NCBI GenBank assembly: GCA_963701855.1
Contig: CAVPBK010000005.1
Coordinates: 64,001 to 128,000, forward strand
Reading direction: 5' to 3'
DNA length: 64,000 nucleotides
Source of the DNA: Nitrospirota bacterium
GTDB taxonomy: Bacteria > Nitrospirota > Nitrospiria > Nitrospirales > Nitrospiraceae
Shown here: positions 52,216 to 62,969 of the stretch, in pieces
Position numbering within the stretch: the stretch's first letter is position 1
Layout of the letters: each line of letters opens with the position of its first letter
Notes under the pieces: generated by a model
The model's database searches: none
What the model was told of the DNA's origin: nothing
What the model saw: only the letters and a program-made list of their open reading frames with translations
Made by a program: the position numbers and the translations under genes

Positions 52216-52910
52216 ATATGCGTGATCCTCCTGTTTGGAACCTCACGGTGCTCCGTTGCTTCGTATAGCGAAGCGGCCTCACCGCATAGTTGCGTATCTA
52301 GCCACATGTCCTATCAAGTACAATCACCATGATGCCACTAACGCAGGGCAAGATTCTAGCCCCCCTCGCAAGGGAAGAGAAAATCTAAAAATGTGTTTCT
52401 GCTGGGCTGGGCCGAGCTCTGGCTATCCGAGTATGGAGCAGGCCTGATTGAGAGGATGTCTCGCATGGCGACAGCTTTCCCACGGGTGTTGGTGAGCAAC
52501 GGTTTCTGCTGTTGCAGATGCGGTTGGACTGGTTGCTTGGGGGGATCTGTCCTGGTTCATTCTCGGTGTGACGTGCTAGAAGAGAGTACACCGAATTGTG
52601 TTCTGGGACCCCCGAGTTCGAGCAGCGAGCTCGGAGATGCGTTCATGCCATATTAACTCCAAACCATCTTTGACTTGCCAGTGTCAGATGGGCGACAATT
52701 ATTACTGACGTGAGTGCATTCTCTTTCATGAGGCCTCCAATTGCCATATAGCGACATCAATCTTGTGGATGGGTTTGCGTTTCAGCGACAGCTGGATCTC
52801 TGTATGCGACGTCAGGCAGGGTCGAGAAAGTACTCACGAGCAGCACGACCCATGAAGATCCGATGCTGTGGCAATTTTGTTTCTTCGGCCCCAGTAGGAT
52901 TTCCCTGAAT

Positions 52911-53531
52911 ATGTTCCAAACCGTCGCACTGAGCGGCAGTCGCGGAGAACGACAGCTGTTCTCCGGCGTCAGCGTGACGGTCAAGCCAGGAACGCTATTG
53001 GCTGTGACCGGTGAAAACGGCAGTGGGAAGACCAGCTTTCTCCGCATGCTGTGCGGTCTGTTATCTCCTGATGGAGGTACGATCCTTTGGCAGGGGAAAG
53101 ACATCCGCCAACTTAAGGAACTCTATAGCGCCCAGCTTACCTATGTAGGGCATCTCAATGGAATTAAGGACGAACTAACCCCGGTCGAAAACCTCAAAGT
53201 CTCAGCTTCCCTGGCCGGCGATAAAAATTCCGGCGCAGTCGTGCAACAGGCATTGGAGGCCGTCGGTCTTGAACCGCGAGTTCATCGTCTGTCGACGAGG
53301 GTGCTGTCGCAAGGACAAAAACGCCGCGTGGCATTGGCTCGTCTCTGGCTTTCCACACGTCCGTTATGGCTCTTGGATGAGCCGTTCGCTTCACTCGATA
53401 CTGCAGCCACCAATTACTTAACCCAACGCTTGCAAGCGCATCTGAGTCATGGCGGCATGGTGGTCGTCGCTACGCACCAGGATATCGCTCTCCCAAGTGA
53501 TTCCATCCAGCACCTGAGGCTGACTCGATGA
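52911..53531 (+). CDS. ccmA: Heme exporter ATP-binding protein CcmA
   Basis: GENGSGKT, LSQGQKRRVALARL, LLDEP. Confidence 0.93.
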   Translation: MFQTVALSGSRGERQLFSGVSVTVKPGTLLAVTGENGSGKTSFLRMLCGLLSPDGGTILWQGKDIRQLKELYSAQLTYVGHLNGIKDELTPVENLKVSASLAGDKNSGAVVQQALEAVGLEPRVHRLSTRVLSQGQKRRVALARLWLSTRPLWLLDEPFASLDTAATNYLTQRLQAHLSHGGMVVVATHQDIALPSDSIQHLRLTR

Positions 53532-54211
53532 GTCAGCCCAGCATGAGTGCGGCGTTGCGCGGAGTTGTCCGGCGGGATTTTCTGCTGGCCATGCGGCACC
53601 GTTCGGATGTGGCGATGTCGGTTTTCTTCGTCGTCATCGTCGCTAGCCTCTTCCCTTTGGGAGTTGGGCCGGAGCAGGCGGTTTTGAGGGTGATCGCCTC
53701 CGGTGTGCTCTGGGTCACGGCCCTGCTTGCGTGCCTGTTGTCACTGGGGCGTCTGTTTACCGCTGATTATCTCGATGGGGTGCTGGAACAGACGCTTTTG
53801 GTACCTCAGCCTCTGGCTGTCCTGGTCGTTGGCAAGGTATTCGCGCATTGGGTAATCTCCGGTTTGCCAGTCGTTCTGCTCTCGCCTCTCCTCGGTTTGC
53901 AGTTCGGCCTGAGTGGAGACTCGCTGGTGGTGTTGACGTTATCGCTCTTGCTTGGTACGCCGACGTTGAGTATGATTGGAGCCATCGGTGCTGCGCTGAC
54001 TCTTGGATTGCGGGGGAGCGGTTTACTCGTTGCCCTCCTAGTGCTTCCTCTCTTTATTCCGGTACTGATCTTTGGGGCTGGCGCCGTTACGAATAGTTTG
54101 GCCGGAATCGGCAGCGAAGCGAATCTGTCGTTACTTGGAGCCTGTTTCATGCTGTCACTCGTTTTTGCGCCCTGGGCCACGGCTGTTGCATTACGCATTG
54201 CGTTGGAATAA
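53528..54211 (+). CDS. ccmB: Heme exporter permease CcmB
   Basis: LFPLGVGP, DYLDGVLEQ, LLVLPLFIPVLIFG. Confidence 0.93.
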   Translation: MSQPSMSAALRGVVRRDFLLAMRHRSDVAMSVFFVVIVASLFPLGVGPEQAVLRVIASGVLWVTALLACLLSLGRLFTADYLDGVLEQTLLVPQPLAVLVVGKVFAHWVISGLPVVLLSPLLGLQFGLSGDSLVVLTLSLLLGTPTLSMIGAIGAALTLGLRGSGLLVALLVLPLFIPVLIFGAGAVTNSLAGIGSEANLSLLGACFMLSLVFAPWATAVALRIALE

Positions 54212-54223
54212 GACAATTACGAG

Positions 54224-54985
54224 ATGAGCGCCACCGGCATTAACTGGTTCAAGTATTCCTCGCCGCAGGCCTTTCACCCTTTGGCCGGGCGGCTGATTCC
54301 GTGGTTCGCCGCGGCGGCGCTTGGATTGAGCGGTGTCGGCCTATACATGGGGTTTTTCGTGGCACCGACCGACGCGACACAAGGTGATGCGTATCGCATT
54401 ATCTTCGTCCATGTGCCGGCCGCCTGGATGTCCATGTTCCTCTACGTCATGATGGCCGTGTGGGCCGGGATCGGACTGGGATTGAATGCACGCCCGTCGT
54501 TCATGATGGCGCAAGCCATCGCCCCCACCGGGGCGATGTTTACGTTTTTGGCGCTGCTCACCGGGTCGATGTGGGGAAAACCGACCTGGGGGGCCTGGTG
54601 GGTGTGGGATGCCCGGCTGACGTCGGAACTGATTCTGCTGTTTCAATATATTGGGATCATCTTGCTTCGGTCGTCGATTGATGATCTACGCCGTGCTGAT
54701 CGCGCGAGTGCCGTGTTGGCACTGGTAGGAGTGGTCAATGTCCCAATCATCTATTTTTCTGTGCGCTGGTGGAACACGTTGCACCAGGGGGCGTCTGTCA
54801 GCATCACCGCGGCGCCGAGCATGGCCGGGAGCATGGTGACGGCCATGCTCGTGATGACGCTCGCGTTTTGGATGTACAGCTTCGTTGTGACGCTAGCCCG
54901 CATGCGGTGCGTGATTGTCGAGCGGGAGCGACAACCTTCGTGGGGCAAGCCGGCCGCGATCCCAGACGTTGCGGAGGCGCGCTGA
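54224..54985 (+). CDS. ccmC: Heme exporter protein CcmC
   Basis: HVPAAW, WGKPTWGAWWVWDARLTS, WWNTLHQ. Confidence 0.95.
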   Translation: MSATGINWFKYSSPQAFHPLAGRLIPWFAAAALGLSGVGLYMGFFVAPTDATQGDAYRIIFVHVPAAWMSMFLYVMMAVWAGIGLGLNARPSFMMAQAIAPTGAMFTFLALLTGSMWGKPTWGAWWVWDARLTSELILLFQYIGIILLRSSIDDLRRADRASAVLALVGVVNVPIIYFSVRWWNTLHQGASVSITAAPSMAGSMVTAMLVMTLAFWMYSFVVTLARMRCVIVERERQPSWGKPAAIPDVAEAR

Positions 54986-55140
54986 TGCAGTGGGGAAGTC
55001 TGGCAGAGTTTGTCGCGATGGGCGGGTACGGTCTCTACGTGTGGGTCTCATTCGGGGCCACGGCCCTGTGTATGGGGGGAGAAGTCCTCGCGGTGTGGCG
55101 GCGGTCTGTCGCCGCAGCGGCGAGTCGTGACGAGTTGTAG
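54985..55140 (+). CDS. ccmD: Heme exporter protein CcmD
   Basis: MQWGSLAEFVAMGGYGLYVWVSFG, between ccmC and ccmE. Confidence 0.85.
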   Translation: MQWGSLAEFVAMGGYGLYVWVSFGATALCMGGEVLAVWRRSVAAAASRDEL

Positions 55141-55155
55141 GAGGAAACTGAGACG

Positions 55156-55623
55156 ATGACACCTCGACGGAAACGGTTTGTTCTCATCGGGCTGGGACTG
55201 ATTGCCTTGGCCGTGGCGTCGGCCCTCGTGTTGAATGCGTTCCAAAGCAACCTGGTATTCTTCTATACGCCAACGCAGGCGGCCAATGGGGACGTGCCCC
55301 AGGGGCGCAGCTTCCGTATCGGCGGGATGGTTGAAGCCGGCAGCCTCACCCGCGAAGGCGATGGCCTCACTGTGCATTTTGTTGTGACCGATATGGCGAA
55401 GCGTGTGCCTGTGACGTTCAAAGGGATACTCCCAGATCTCTTCAAGGAAGGGAAGGGAGTAGTAGCCCAGGGTCAACTCGGTGCTAATGGGGCATTTCTG
55501 GCAAGTGAAGTGCTAGCGAAGCATGATGAAAACTATATGCCACCAGAAGCCGCGGATGCGCTCGCCAAGGCCAAGACCGTAGGGGTGCAGAGCAGCGGCA
55601 CCTTGGTCGTCAATCCACGGTAG
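55156..55623 (+). CDS. ccmE: Heme chaperone CcmE
   Basis: [21 protein letters not shown]. Confidence 0.95.
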   Translation: MTPRRKRFVLIGLGLIALAVASALVLNAFQSNLVFFYTPTQAANGDVPQGRSFRIGGMVEAGSLTREGDGLTVHFVVTDMAKRVPVTFKGILPDLFKEGKGVVAQGQLGANGAFLASEVLAKHDENYMPPEAADALAKAKTVGVQSSGTLVVNPR

Positions 55624-55632
55624 GGAGCCTAC

Positions 55633-57627
55633 ATGATTCCAGAAATTGGTCATTATGCCTTAATTCTCGCGCTCTGCGTGGCGGTGGTGCAGGGGAGCCT
55701 GCCCATCTATGGTGCCGCAGTGGGAAACGCGTCGCTGATGGCTGTCGCGAAGCCAGCGGCGCGCGGGCAATTCCTCCTTGTTCTACTGGCTTTTTGTTGC
55801 CTGGGGTATGCTTTTGCGGAGAAAGACTTCTCCGTACTCTACGTCGCGGCCACGTCAAACTCGCAACTCCCGCTGCATTATCGCCTTGCAGCCATCTGGG
55901 GTGCGCACGAGGGCTCGTTGCTTCTCTGGATGTTCATCCTTAGCATTTGGATGGTCGCCGTCTCATTCTTCTCCACTCATCTGCCCGATGCGATGCGTGC
56001 ACGCATCTTGGGCGTCATGGGCCTCGTCAGTGTGGGATTTCTTTTATTCATGTTGACCGTCTCCAATCCGTTTGAGCGGTTGATTCCGGCGGCTCTCGAT
56101 GGGCGCGACTTGAATCCGCTGCTGCAGGACCCAGGTATGGTAATCCACCCGCCGATGCTTTACATGGGGTACGTGGGGTTCTCCGTGGCGTTTTCTTTTG
56201 CGATCGCCGCGCTCTTGGGGGGCACGCTGGACGCGGCTTGGGCGCGCTGGTCTCGCCCCTGGACCACAGTCGCCTGGTGTTTTATGACCGTGGGGGTTGC
56301 GATGGGCAGCGGCTGGGCCTATTACGAGCTGGGCTGGGGTGGTTGGTGGTTCTGGGATCCGGTTGAAAATGCTTCCTTCATGCCCTGGCTGGCCGGCACT
56401 GCGTTAATGCACTCGCTGGCGGTTACCGATAAACGGGGCGGGTTCAAAGCCTGGAGTGTGTTGCTCGCCATTATGGCGTTCTCGCTCAGTTTGCTCGGAA
56501 CCTTCTTAGTCCGCTCCGGCGTGTTGACTTCAGTGCATGCGTTTGCCACCGACCCTAAGCGTGGCTTATTCATTCTCGTATTCCTGGCCGTGGTGATCGG
56601 CGGCTCGTTAGTCTTGTACGCGTGGCGGGCGCCCCGCGTGGGTTTAGGCGGGAGCTTTGCTCTGATCTCGCGTGAAGGAATGTTGCTGGCGAACAATGTG
56701 TTGTTGGTTGCGGCTTTGGGATCGGTGCTTTTGGGCACGTTGTATCCCTTGTTCTTGGACGCGCTGGATCTCGGAAAAATCTCGGTCGGTCCGCCGTATT
56801 TCGACACCGTCTTTCTTCCTCTGATGACCCCCGCCATCTTTTTGATGGGGGTCGGGCCGCTGGCTCAATGGAAGCAGACGAGCCTGCCGGCGTTGGCCAT
56901 CCGCCTGCGCTGGGCCTTCGGCGTCAGTCTGGCGACCGCTGTGGTGGTGCCGTGGCTCATGGGCCAATGGACGCCGCTGATCAGTCTAGGGCTGTTGCTG
57001 GCCTTCTGGATTCTGGCGACGATCCTGGTGGATTTGCGGGAGCGGCTGCTCCAGGCCGAGGGCGGCGGCAGCATTGGAGGCCGTGTGGCCACGCTGCCCC
57101 GTGCATATTGGGGCATGGTCCTGGCCCACTGTGGTGTGGCCCTGTTCATCGTTGGTGTGACTATGGTGAAGGGCTTCGAAGTGGAGCAGGATGTTCGGAT
57201 GAACGTCGGTGAGACGGCCATGCTTGGCGGCTACACGTTCCGTTTTGACGGGACGCAACAGGTAAATGGCCCGAACTATGTCGCGGCGCGGGGAACGTTT
57301 CATGTGAGCCAGGATGGCCGAGAGGTGACGGTGATGTATCCCGAAAAGCGACGGTACTTCGTGCAGAACCAGACGATGACCGAAGCGGCGATTGCACCGG
57401 GGTTATTGCGCGATCTGTACGTGTCATTGGGCGAGCCGATCGAGGGCGGAGCCTGGAGCGTGCGGCTCTATCACAAGCCCTTTATAGATTGGATCTGGGG
57501 AGGCTGTTTGGTCATGGCTTTGGGTGGCGTTCTGGCCGTCAGTGATCGGCGCTATCGGCTGGCGTGGCGGCGAAAAGAGGCCGCGGTACCGGCTGCGACG
57601 CAGATGGCGCGCACGACCGTCTCATGA
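55633..57627 (+). CDS. ccmF: Cytochrome c heme lyase CcmF
   Basis: WGAHEGS, HPPMLY, WAYYELGWGGWWFWDPVENAS, SVHAF. Confidence 0.96.
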   Translation: MIPEIGHYALILALCVAVVQGSLPIYGAAVGNASLMAVAKPAARGQFLLVLLAFCCLGYAFAEKDFSVLYVAATSNSQLPLHYRLAAIWGAHEGSLLLWMFILSIWMVAVSFFSTHLPDAMRARILGVMGLVSVGFLLFMLTVSNPFERLIPAALDGRDLNPLLQDPGMVIHPPMLYMGYVGFSVAFSFAIAALLGGTLDAAWARWSRPWTTVAWCFMTVGVAMGSGWAYYELGWGGWWFWDPVENASFMPWLAGTALMHSLAVTDKRGGFKAWSVLLAIMAFSLSLLGTFLVRSGVLTSVHAFATDPKRGLFILVFLAVVIGGSLVLYAWRAPRVGLGGSFALISREGMLLANNVLLVAALGSVLLGTLYPLFLDALDLGKISVGPPYFDTVFLPLMTPAIFLMGVGPLAQWKQTSLPALAIRLRWAFGVSLATAVVVPWLMGQWTPLISLGLLLAFWILATILVDLRERLLQAEGGGSIGGRVATLPRAYWGMVLAHCGVALFIVGVTMVKGFEVEQDVRMNVGETAMLGGYTFRFDGTQQVNGPNYVAARGTFHVSQDGREVTVMYPEKRRYFVQNQTMTEAAIAPGLLRDLYVSLGEPIEGGAWSVRLYHKPFIDWIWGGCLVMALGGVLAVSDRRYRLAWRRKEAAVPAATQMARTTVS

Positions 57628-58151
57628 ACCGATTTCTCATCCCGTTTGGGCTCTTCGTCGTCGTGGTTGGTTTTCTTGCTGTCGGACTGACGCTCAACCC
57701 GCGTGAATTGCCGTCTCCTTTAGTCGGGAAGGCGGCTCCTGAATTTTCGCTGCCGCAGCTCCACGATCAAGAGAAAACGATTTCGTCAAACGATCTCAAG
57801 GGCAAGGTCTGGCTGCTCAATTTCTGGGCGTCCTGGTGCGGGGGCTGCAAGGACGAGCACCCGGTACTCATCCACCTTGCACAATCCGGAGTGGTGCCTA
57901 TCTATGGCATGGACTATAAGGATCATCGGAGCGAAGCGCTGGCGTGGTTGAAGGAGTGGGGCAATCCCTATTCGGTCGTCGCGGTGGATGAGCCGGGGCG
58001 CGTCGGCATTAATTATGGAGTCTACGGGGTGCCGGAAACCTACGTGATCGATAAAGCCGGCGTCATCCGCTACAAGCAGATCGGCCCGCTTCGCGAGGAC
58101 ATCTTGGAGAAAAAGATTTTGCCTCTAGTCAGGGAGTTGCAAAACCAGTGA
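57624..58151 (+). CDS. ccmG: Thiol:disulfide interchange protein CcmG/DsbE
   Basis: NFWASWCGGC, YGVYGVPETY. Confidence 0.93.
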   Translation: MNRFLIPFGLFVVVVGFLAVGLTLNPRELPSPLVGKAAPEFSLPQLHDQEKTISSNDLKGKVWLLNFWASWCGGCKDEHPVLIHLAQSGVVPIYGMDYKDHRSEALAWLKEWGNPYSVVAVDEPGRVGINYGVYGVPETYVIDKAGVIRYKQIGPLREDILEKKILPLVRELQNQ

Positions 58152-58609
58152 GCTGGCTGTGGTTGCTCATGCTGCTACTCCCAAGTTTCGCGACGGCGTA
58201 TGAGGCTCAGCCGCTCGCTGTGAACCCGCAGGCGGAGGCGCGATTGAAAGCTCTTGCCGTCGAGCTGCGCTGTCTGGTCTGTCAGAACCAAACCTTGGCC
58301 GACTCAAACGCGCCCCTGGCTGAAGACTTGCGCAGAGAAGTGCGTGAGATGATCGCAAAAGATATGAGCGACAAGGAGATTATCGATTTTCTCGTCACTC
58401 GATACGGAGATTTTGTCTTATACCGACCGCCCTGGAAGCTCACGACTACGTTGCTCTGGCTGGGGCCGTTTCTCTTATTGGGAGTTGGCGCAACGGGATT
58501 AGTGTTTGCGCTACGCAGGAGACAGAAAAAGGTTACCGACGTGACATTGTCTGAAGCTGAGCATAACCGTGTCGCAAAACTGCTTTCCGAAGGAGTTCAT
58601 CGCCCTTGA
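58148..58609 (+). CDS. ccmH: Cytochrome c maturation protein CcmH
   Basis: LRCLVCQNQ, RYGDFVLY.PP. Confidence 0.93.
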   Translation: MSWLWLLMLLLPSFATAYEAQPLAVNPQAEARLKALAVELRCLVCQNQTLADSNAPLAEDLRREVREMIAKDMSDKEIIDFLVTRYGDFVLYRPPWKLTTTLLWLGPFLLLGVGATGLVFALRRRQKKVTDVTLSEAEHNRVAKLLSEGVHRP

Positions 58610-60270
58610 CCATCATATTCTGGCTGATCGCATCGAGCATGACCCTTCTCATCCTCGGTCTCCTGCTGTGGCCACTGCTGAAACGCACAGTCGCCGTAAC
58701 GGGAGAGCAGGAAAAGACGTTGTCTATTTTCCGGCAGCAGTTTGCAGAATTGGGGCAAGATCGCGCCAACGGTGTGCTCACCGACGAATTGTATGAGCAG
58801 GCGCGACGTGAGCTTGAACGCCGTTTGCTGGAGGAAACAGGCACCACAGAGACGACGCCAAAAATGGCACGTCGACAGGTGAGTAGCAGGCCTGTGGCTC
58901 TTGCTCTTGCCATCATCGTTCCGACTGCCAGCGGGTTGCTCTACTGGCAACTTGGAAATCCCCTCGCCATGACGGAGCCAACCGCGGCTTCTTTGTCTGC
59001 GCAAGGGGGGCCAGAAGGTGCGAGTCCATTTTCTGACGGACTTGGCCCACTGATCGAGCGACTCAAGCAGAAAATGCAGCAGAATCCGAATGATGGCGAG
59101 GGATGGGCATTGCTCGCACGTTCGTACATGGGAATGGGGCGTTACGCCGAAGCCGCACTGGCATATGAGAATGCCACAAAACTAATTCCTGATGATGCCC
59201 AGTTACTCGCCGATTATGCCGATGCCATGGGAGTCCTCCATGGCCGTAAGTTGGAGGGAAAGCCTGAGGTCTTGATTCAACAGGCGCTGAAGATCGATCC
59301 ACGCAATGTGAAGGCACTGATGCTGGCAGGGACTGTGGCGTTCAACCGAAAAAACTTTGCTCGTGCAGCGAAGGACTGGGAGCAAGCTCGTGCCAACCTT
59401 CCTGCGGACGTAGATCCGGAGATGACACAGCAACTGACAGCCGCTATCGAAGAGGCCCGAAGCCAACTCGGTGGTGGCCAAAGCATGATGTCTGGGCTTA
59501 CGGAACCTGCGGCGCCAGCTCAGCCAGCCGGGCAGCCGCGCGTAATCAAGGGCACGGTGGCGATGGCGCCAAGCTTGGCTGGCAAGGGATCACCGACGGA
59601 TACATTGTTTGTGTTTGCACGCGAAATGAATGGACCACCCATGCCGGTGTCGATCGTGCGGGCGTCGAGAAAAGATTTGCCCTTCACGTTTCAGCTTGAT
59701 GACTCAACCAGCCCGATGCCCTCCAGAAAACTTTCCAGCGCAGGCCCTGTAGTGATTGTCGCTCGTCTCTCGAAGTCTGGCCAGGCCATGCCTCAGAGTG
59801 GAGATCTAGAGGGGACGAGTCAGCCGATACAATCAGGGGGGGAGGGGATCGCAGTTGTCATCGATCATGAGAGAATGGATAAAGAATCGGCAGCGCCGGC
59901 TCCGCTAGCCAGCCAGACGGGACAACCGCGTGCGATCAGAGGTACGGTGACTGTGGCGCCGAGCTTAGCCGGCAAAGCATCCGCGACAGACACATTGTTT
60001 GTCTTTGCCCGCGAGATGAATGGGCCACCGATGCCGGTGGCGATCGTGCGGGCGTCGAGAAAAGATTTGCCCTTCACGTTTCAGCTTGATGACTCAACCA
60101 GCCCGATGCCCTCCAGAAAACTTTCCAGCGCAGGCCCTGTAGTGATTGTCGCTCGTCTCTCGAAGTCTGGCCAGGCCATGCCTCAGAGTGGAGATCTAGA
60201 GGGGACGAGTCAGCCAATACAATCAGGGGTTGATGGGATCACCGTCGTCATCGATCGTGAAAGACCGTAA
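58606..60270 (+). CDS. ccmI: CcmI/CycH with TPR region and two tandem C-terminal Ig-like domains
   Basis: N-terminal TMs, LY.QLG.P, TPR (GWALLARSY); C-domain LFVFARE..GPPMP...ARLSKSG present twice. Confidence 0.9.
   Translation: MTIIFWLIASSMTLLILGLLLWPLLKRTVAVTGEQEKTLSIFRQQFAELGQDRANGVLTDELYEQARRELERRLLEETGTTETTPKMARRQVSSRPVALALAIIVPTASGLLYWQLGNPLAMTEPTAASLSAQGGPEGASPFSDGLGPLIERLKQKMQQNPNDGEGWALLARSYMGMGRYAEAALAYENATKLIPDDAQLLADYADAMGVLHGRKLEGKPEVLIQQALKIDPRNVKALMLAGTVAFNRKNFARAAKDWEQARANLPADVDPEMTQQLTAAIEEARSQLGGGQSMMSGLTEPAAPAQPAGQPRVIKGTVAMAPSLAGKGSPTDTLFVFAREMNGPPMPVSIVRASRKDLPFTFQLDDSTSPMPSRKLSSAGPVVIVARLSKSGQAMPQSGDLEGTSQPIQSGGEGIAVVIDHERMDKESAAPAPLASQTGQPRAIRGTVTVAPSLAGKASATDTLFVFAREMNGPPMPVAIVRASRKDLPFTFQLDDSTSPMPSRKLSSAGPVVIVARLSKSGQAMPQSGDLEGTSQPIQSGVDGITVVIDRERP
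59651..60215 (+). repeat. 175-bp identical direct repeat inside ccmI (59651-59825 = 60041-60215)
   Basis: Direct comparison; offset 390 bp. Confidence 0.85.
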
Positions 60271-60398
60271 CGCCGAGAAGTCCACGGGCTGCTCTCTTCC
60301 ATTGCCTCGCATGCTGCACTCCTGCCGCTGATCCGTCACGTATCGTTAGGGCGCTCTGTTTATTGCAGTAAACCGCCAGATTTATTGCACAAGCCCAC

Positions 60399-60448
60399 TT
60401 GACATATTCCGATGTATGCTGAGATATATATGTGCGCTGTTCGCTAAT
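60399..60448 (+). promoter_or_regulatory. hao-like promoter block upstream of the stand-alone CcmI-domain gene
   Basis: TTGACA...ATGCTGAGATATATATGTGCGC...GCTAAT matches 61101-61145. Confidence 0.6.
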
Positions 60449-60503
60449 CGATAAGTTTGCTCAGGAGCGTAGTGATGTGTTTTTACAAACGGGGAGTACG
60501 CAC

Positions 60504-60959
60504 ATGGTCAACAAGTTTTGGCTGAGGTGTAGTCTGCTGGTCTGCGGCGTGCTGCTTATTTCAATGGGAACTGGATATGCGGAACCGGCAGCGCCGGCCA
60601 AATCGTCAGGACAGTCGCTTGCGATCAGCGGCAAGGTCAGTATTGCGCCGAGCCTTGCCGGCAAGGGGTCCGCAACGGACACGTTATTTGTGTTTGCCCG
60701 TGAGACGAATGGCCCACCGATGCCGGTGGCGATCATGCGGGCGACGAAGAAAGACTTGCCCTTTACGTTTCGGCTCGATGACTCGAACAGCATGATGCCG
60801 TCCAGAACACTCTCCGACGTCGCAATGGTGGTGATTGTGGCTCGTCTGTCGAAGTCCGGCCAGGCTATGCCGCAAAGTGGAGACTTAGAGGGGATGAGTC
60901 AACCAGTGAAGCCTGGAGTAGATGGGGTCACCGTCGTCATCGATCGCGAAAGACCGTAG
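60504..60959 (+). CDS. Secreted stand-alone CcmI C-terminal domain with an HAO-like signal peptide
   Basis: GGGGAG RBS; MVNKFWLRCSLLVCG leader (Hao[16 protein letters not shown]); third copy of the CcmI C-domain. Confidence 0.85.
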   Translation: MVNKFWLRCSLLVCGVLLISMGTGYAEPAAPAKSSGQSLAISGKVSIAPSLAGKGSATDTLFVFARETNGPPMPVAIMRATKKDLPFTFRLDDSNSMMPSRTLSDVAMVVIVARLSKSGQAMPQSGDLEGMSQPVKPGVDGVTVVIDRERP

Positions 60960-61100
60960 TCTCAAGAATCAAGGGAGCTCTCCCTCATTACTACTATAAC
61001 GCGTGATAGTTTGCCTCTGACCATACACGAATACTAATGGCACTAGACTTGCTCGGTTCAGAATATATGAGACTTTTTTATACCAAACGCACTTAATATA

Positions 61101-61145
61101 TTGACATCGAATATATGCTGCGATATATATGCGCGGCACGCTAAT
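61101..61145 (+). promoter_or_regulatory. Candidate sigma-70 promoter of hao
   Basis: TTGACA-N17-TATATAT in an AT-rich intergenic region. Confidence 0.55.
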
Positions 61146-61259
61146 TAATGACCGCTAATATCAACAATAGTAGATGCGAATACCGTCACATACACACGTA
61201 CGATCATTAGAGTGGCTTGATTTATAAATAGGGCAATTATCATCTGTGGGAGGGTTAAG

Positions 61260-62969
61260 ATGACCAATAAATTCTGGTTGAGATGTGGCCTGGTAGTTTG
61301 CGGGGCGTTGCTTACGGCAACAGCTCAGGCAGACTTCCCCAGCGTCCCCAAGGAAACCTACGAGGCGCTGAACCTTGATCGGTCCGCCAGCCCCAAGCAA
61401 TTGCATGAGGCGTTGACGAAGCGCTTCGTGGATCCAGGCAGAGGCGCGGGGAAAGGGCAGTACGGCCAGTATTGGGAGCCGATCCCAATGAGCAAGTATT
61501 TCGATCCAATGTCGTTCTACAAGCCCCCGACATCGGTCAAGGAAATCGCGACACGCGAGCAGTGCGTGAAATGCCACACCGATGAGTCGCCGGGGTGGGT
61601 GGAACTTTGGAAAAAGAGTGCTCACGCCAATCTTGACAAGATTCGCAAGCTTACCCCAAAAGACGACACTTTCTACAAGAAGGCGAAGTTAGAGGACGTG
61701 GAAAATAACCTTCGCTCGATTGGCAAGCTCGGACCAACAGAGAACTTGAAGGAAGTCGGCTGCATCGATTGCCACGTTGACATCAACACGAAGAAGAAGG
61801 CCGATCACCGGGTCGACCTGAAGATGCCCACTTCCGATGTGTGCGGCAACTGCCATCTACAAGAATATGCCGAGCGCGAGTCCGAGCGCGACACGATCTT
61901 ATGGCCGAAAAACCAGTGGCCGAGGGGCCGCCCGTCGCACGCGCTGGATTACAGGGCCAACGTCGAGACGGATATCTACGCCGGAATGTCGCAGCGCGAG
62001 ATCGCTGATGGCTGCACAATGTGCCACACCAACCAGAACAAGTGCGATAATTGCCATACCAGGCACGAATTCTCGGTGGCCAACTCCCGCAAGCCTGAAG
62101 CCTGCGGCACCTGTCACAGCGGCGCCGATCACAACAACTGGGAAGCCTACAACGGGTCGCAGCATGGGCTGGGGTACCAGGCCTCTAAAAATCAATGGAA
62201 TTGGAATGTACAGCTCAAGGATGCAGTTGCCAAGGGCGGGCAGCGCTTCCCTACCTGCCAGAGCTGTCATATGGAGTATCAGGGCAAATTCACCCACAAC
62301 ACGGTGCGTAAGGTTCGCTGGGCGAACTATCCCTTCGTGCCTGGCATTAGAGAACCTGTATTTGGCGAATGGGGCCAGAAGCGCCTGGATGCGTGGGTCA
62401 AGACCTGCACAACGTGCCACTCCGAGAGCTTCGCGCGCGCATGGTTGGAGTTTATGGACAACGGCACCTCTGAGGGACTCGATAAATACGATGAGGCGCA
62501 CAACGTAGTCCGTAAGCAGTATGACGCTAGACTCCTCACCGGTCAGAGGAACAACCGGCCTGCTCCTCCAGCGCCGGCTAAGGCCCAGTTCGACCAGTTT
62601 TGGCAGATCTACTGGTCGAAGGGCAACAGCCCTACAGCGATCGAGCTCAAGCTCTTCGAAATGGCTGAGGACCATCTGGTGCAACTGCACGTCAGTCTCG
62701 CGCACCAATATCCAGGGTTCACCTATACTGTCGGCTGGGCAGCGATGAACCGGGCTTATGTCGAAATCATGGACGAGGACACCAAGCTTAAGGAAAAGCT
62801 GATGCTGATGGAACGGGTGGCCAAACTCGAGCAGAGCAAGACCAGTAGCCTGCTGGATTTCGATAGCACGGACGGGAAGCTTACGCTCGGCAGCGTGGGC
62901 GGCGGATTGTTGCTGACCGGCACCCTCGCGCTCGCCGGATGGAGCAGACGCAAGAAGAACCAGCGGTGA
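61260..62969 (+). CDS. haoA: Hydroxylamine oxidoreductase (octaheme)
   Basis: Eight CxxCH motifs, RKVRWANYP, cross-link Tyr context GFTYTVGW, C-terminal TM. Confidence 0.97.
   Translation: MTNKFWLRCGLVVCGALLTATAQADFPSVPKETYEALNLDRSASPKQLHEALTKRFVDPGRGAGKGQYGQYWEPIPMSKYFDPMSFYKPPTSVKEIATREQCVKCHTDESPGWVELWKKSAHANLDKIRKLTPKDDTFYKKAKLEDVENNLRSIGKLGPTENLKEVGCIDCHVDINTKKKADHRVDLKMPTSDVCGNCHLQEYAERESERDTILWPKNQWPRGRPSHALDYRANVETDIYAGMSQREIADGCTMCHTNQNKCDNCHTRHEFSVANSRKPEACGTCHSGADHNNWEAYNGSQHGLGYQASKNQWNWNVQLKDAVAKGGQRFPTCQSCHMEYQGKFTHNTVRKVRWANYPFVPGIREPVFGEWGQKRLDAWVKTCTTCHSESFARAWLEFMDNGTSEGLDKYDEAHNVVRKQYDARLLTGQRNNRPAPPAPAKAQFDQFWQIYWSKGNSPTAIELKLFEMAEDHLVQLHVSLAHQYPGFTYTVGWAAMNRAYVEIMDEDTKLKEKLMLMERVAKLEQSKTSSLLDFDSTDGKLTLGSVGGGLLLTGTLALAGWSRRKKNQR

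Noticed and set aside
59651..60959. Possible DGR template/variable repeat pair
   Set aside because: No reverse transcriptase; differences are not adenine-specific; all copies are coding.
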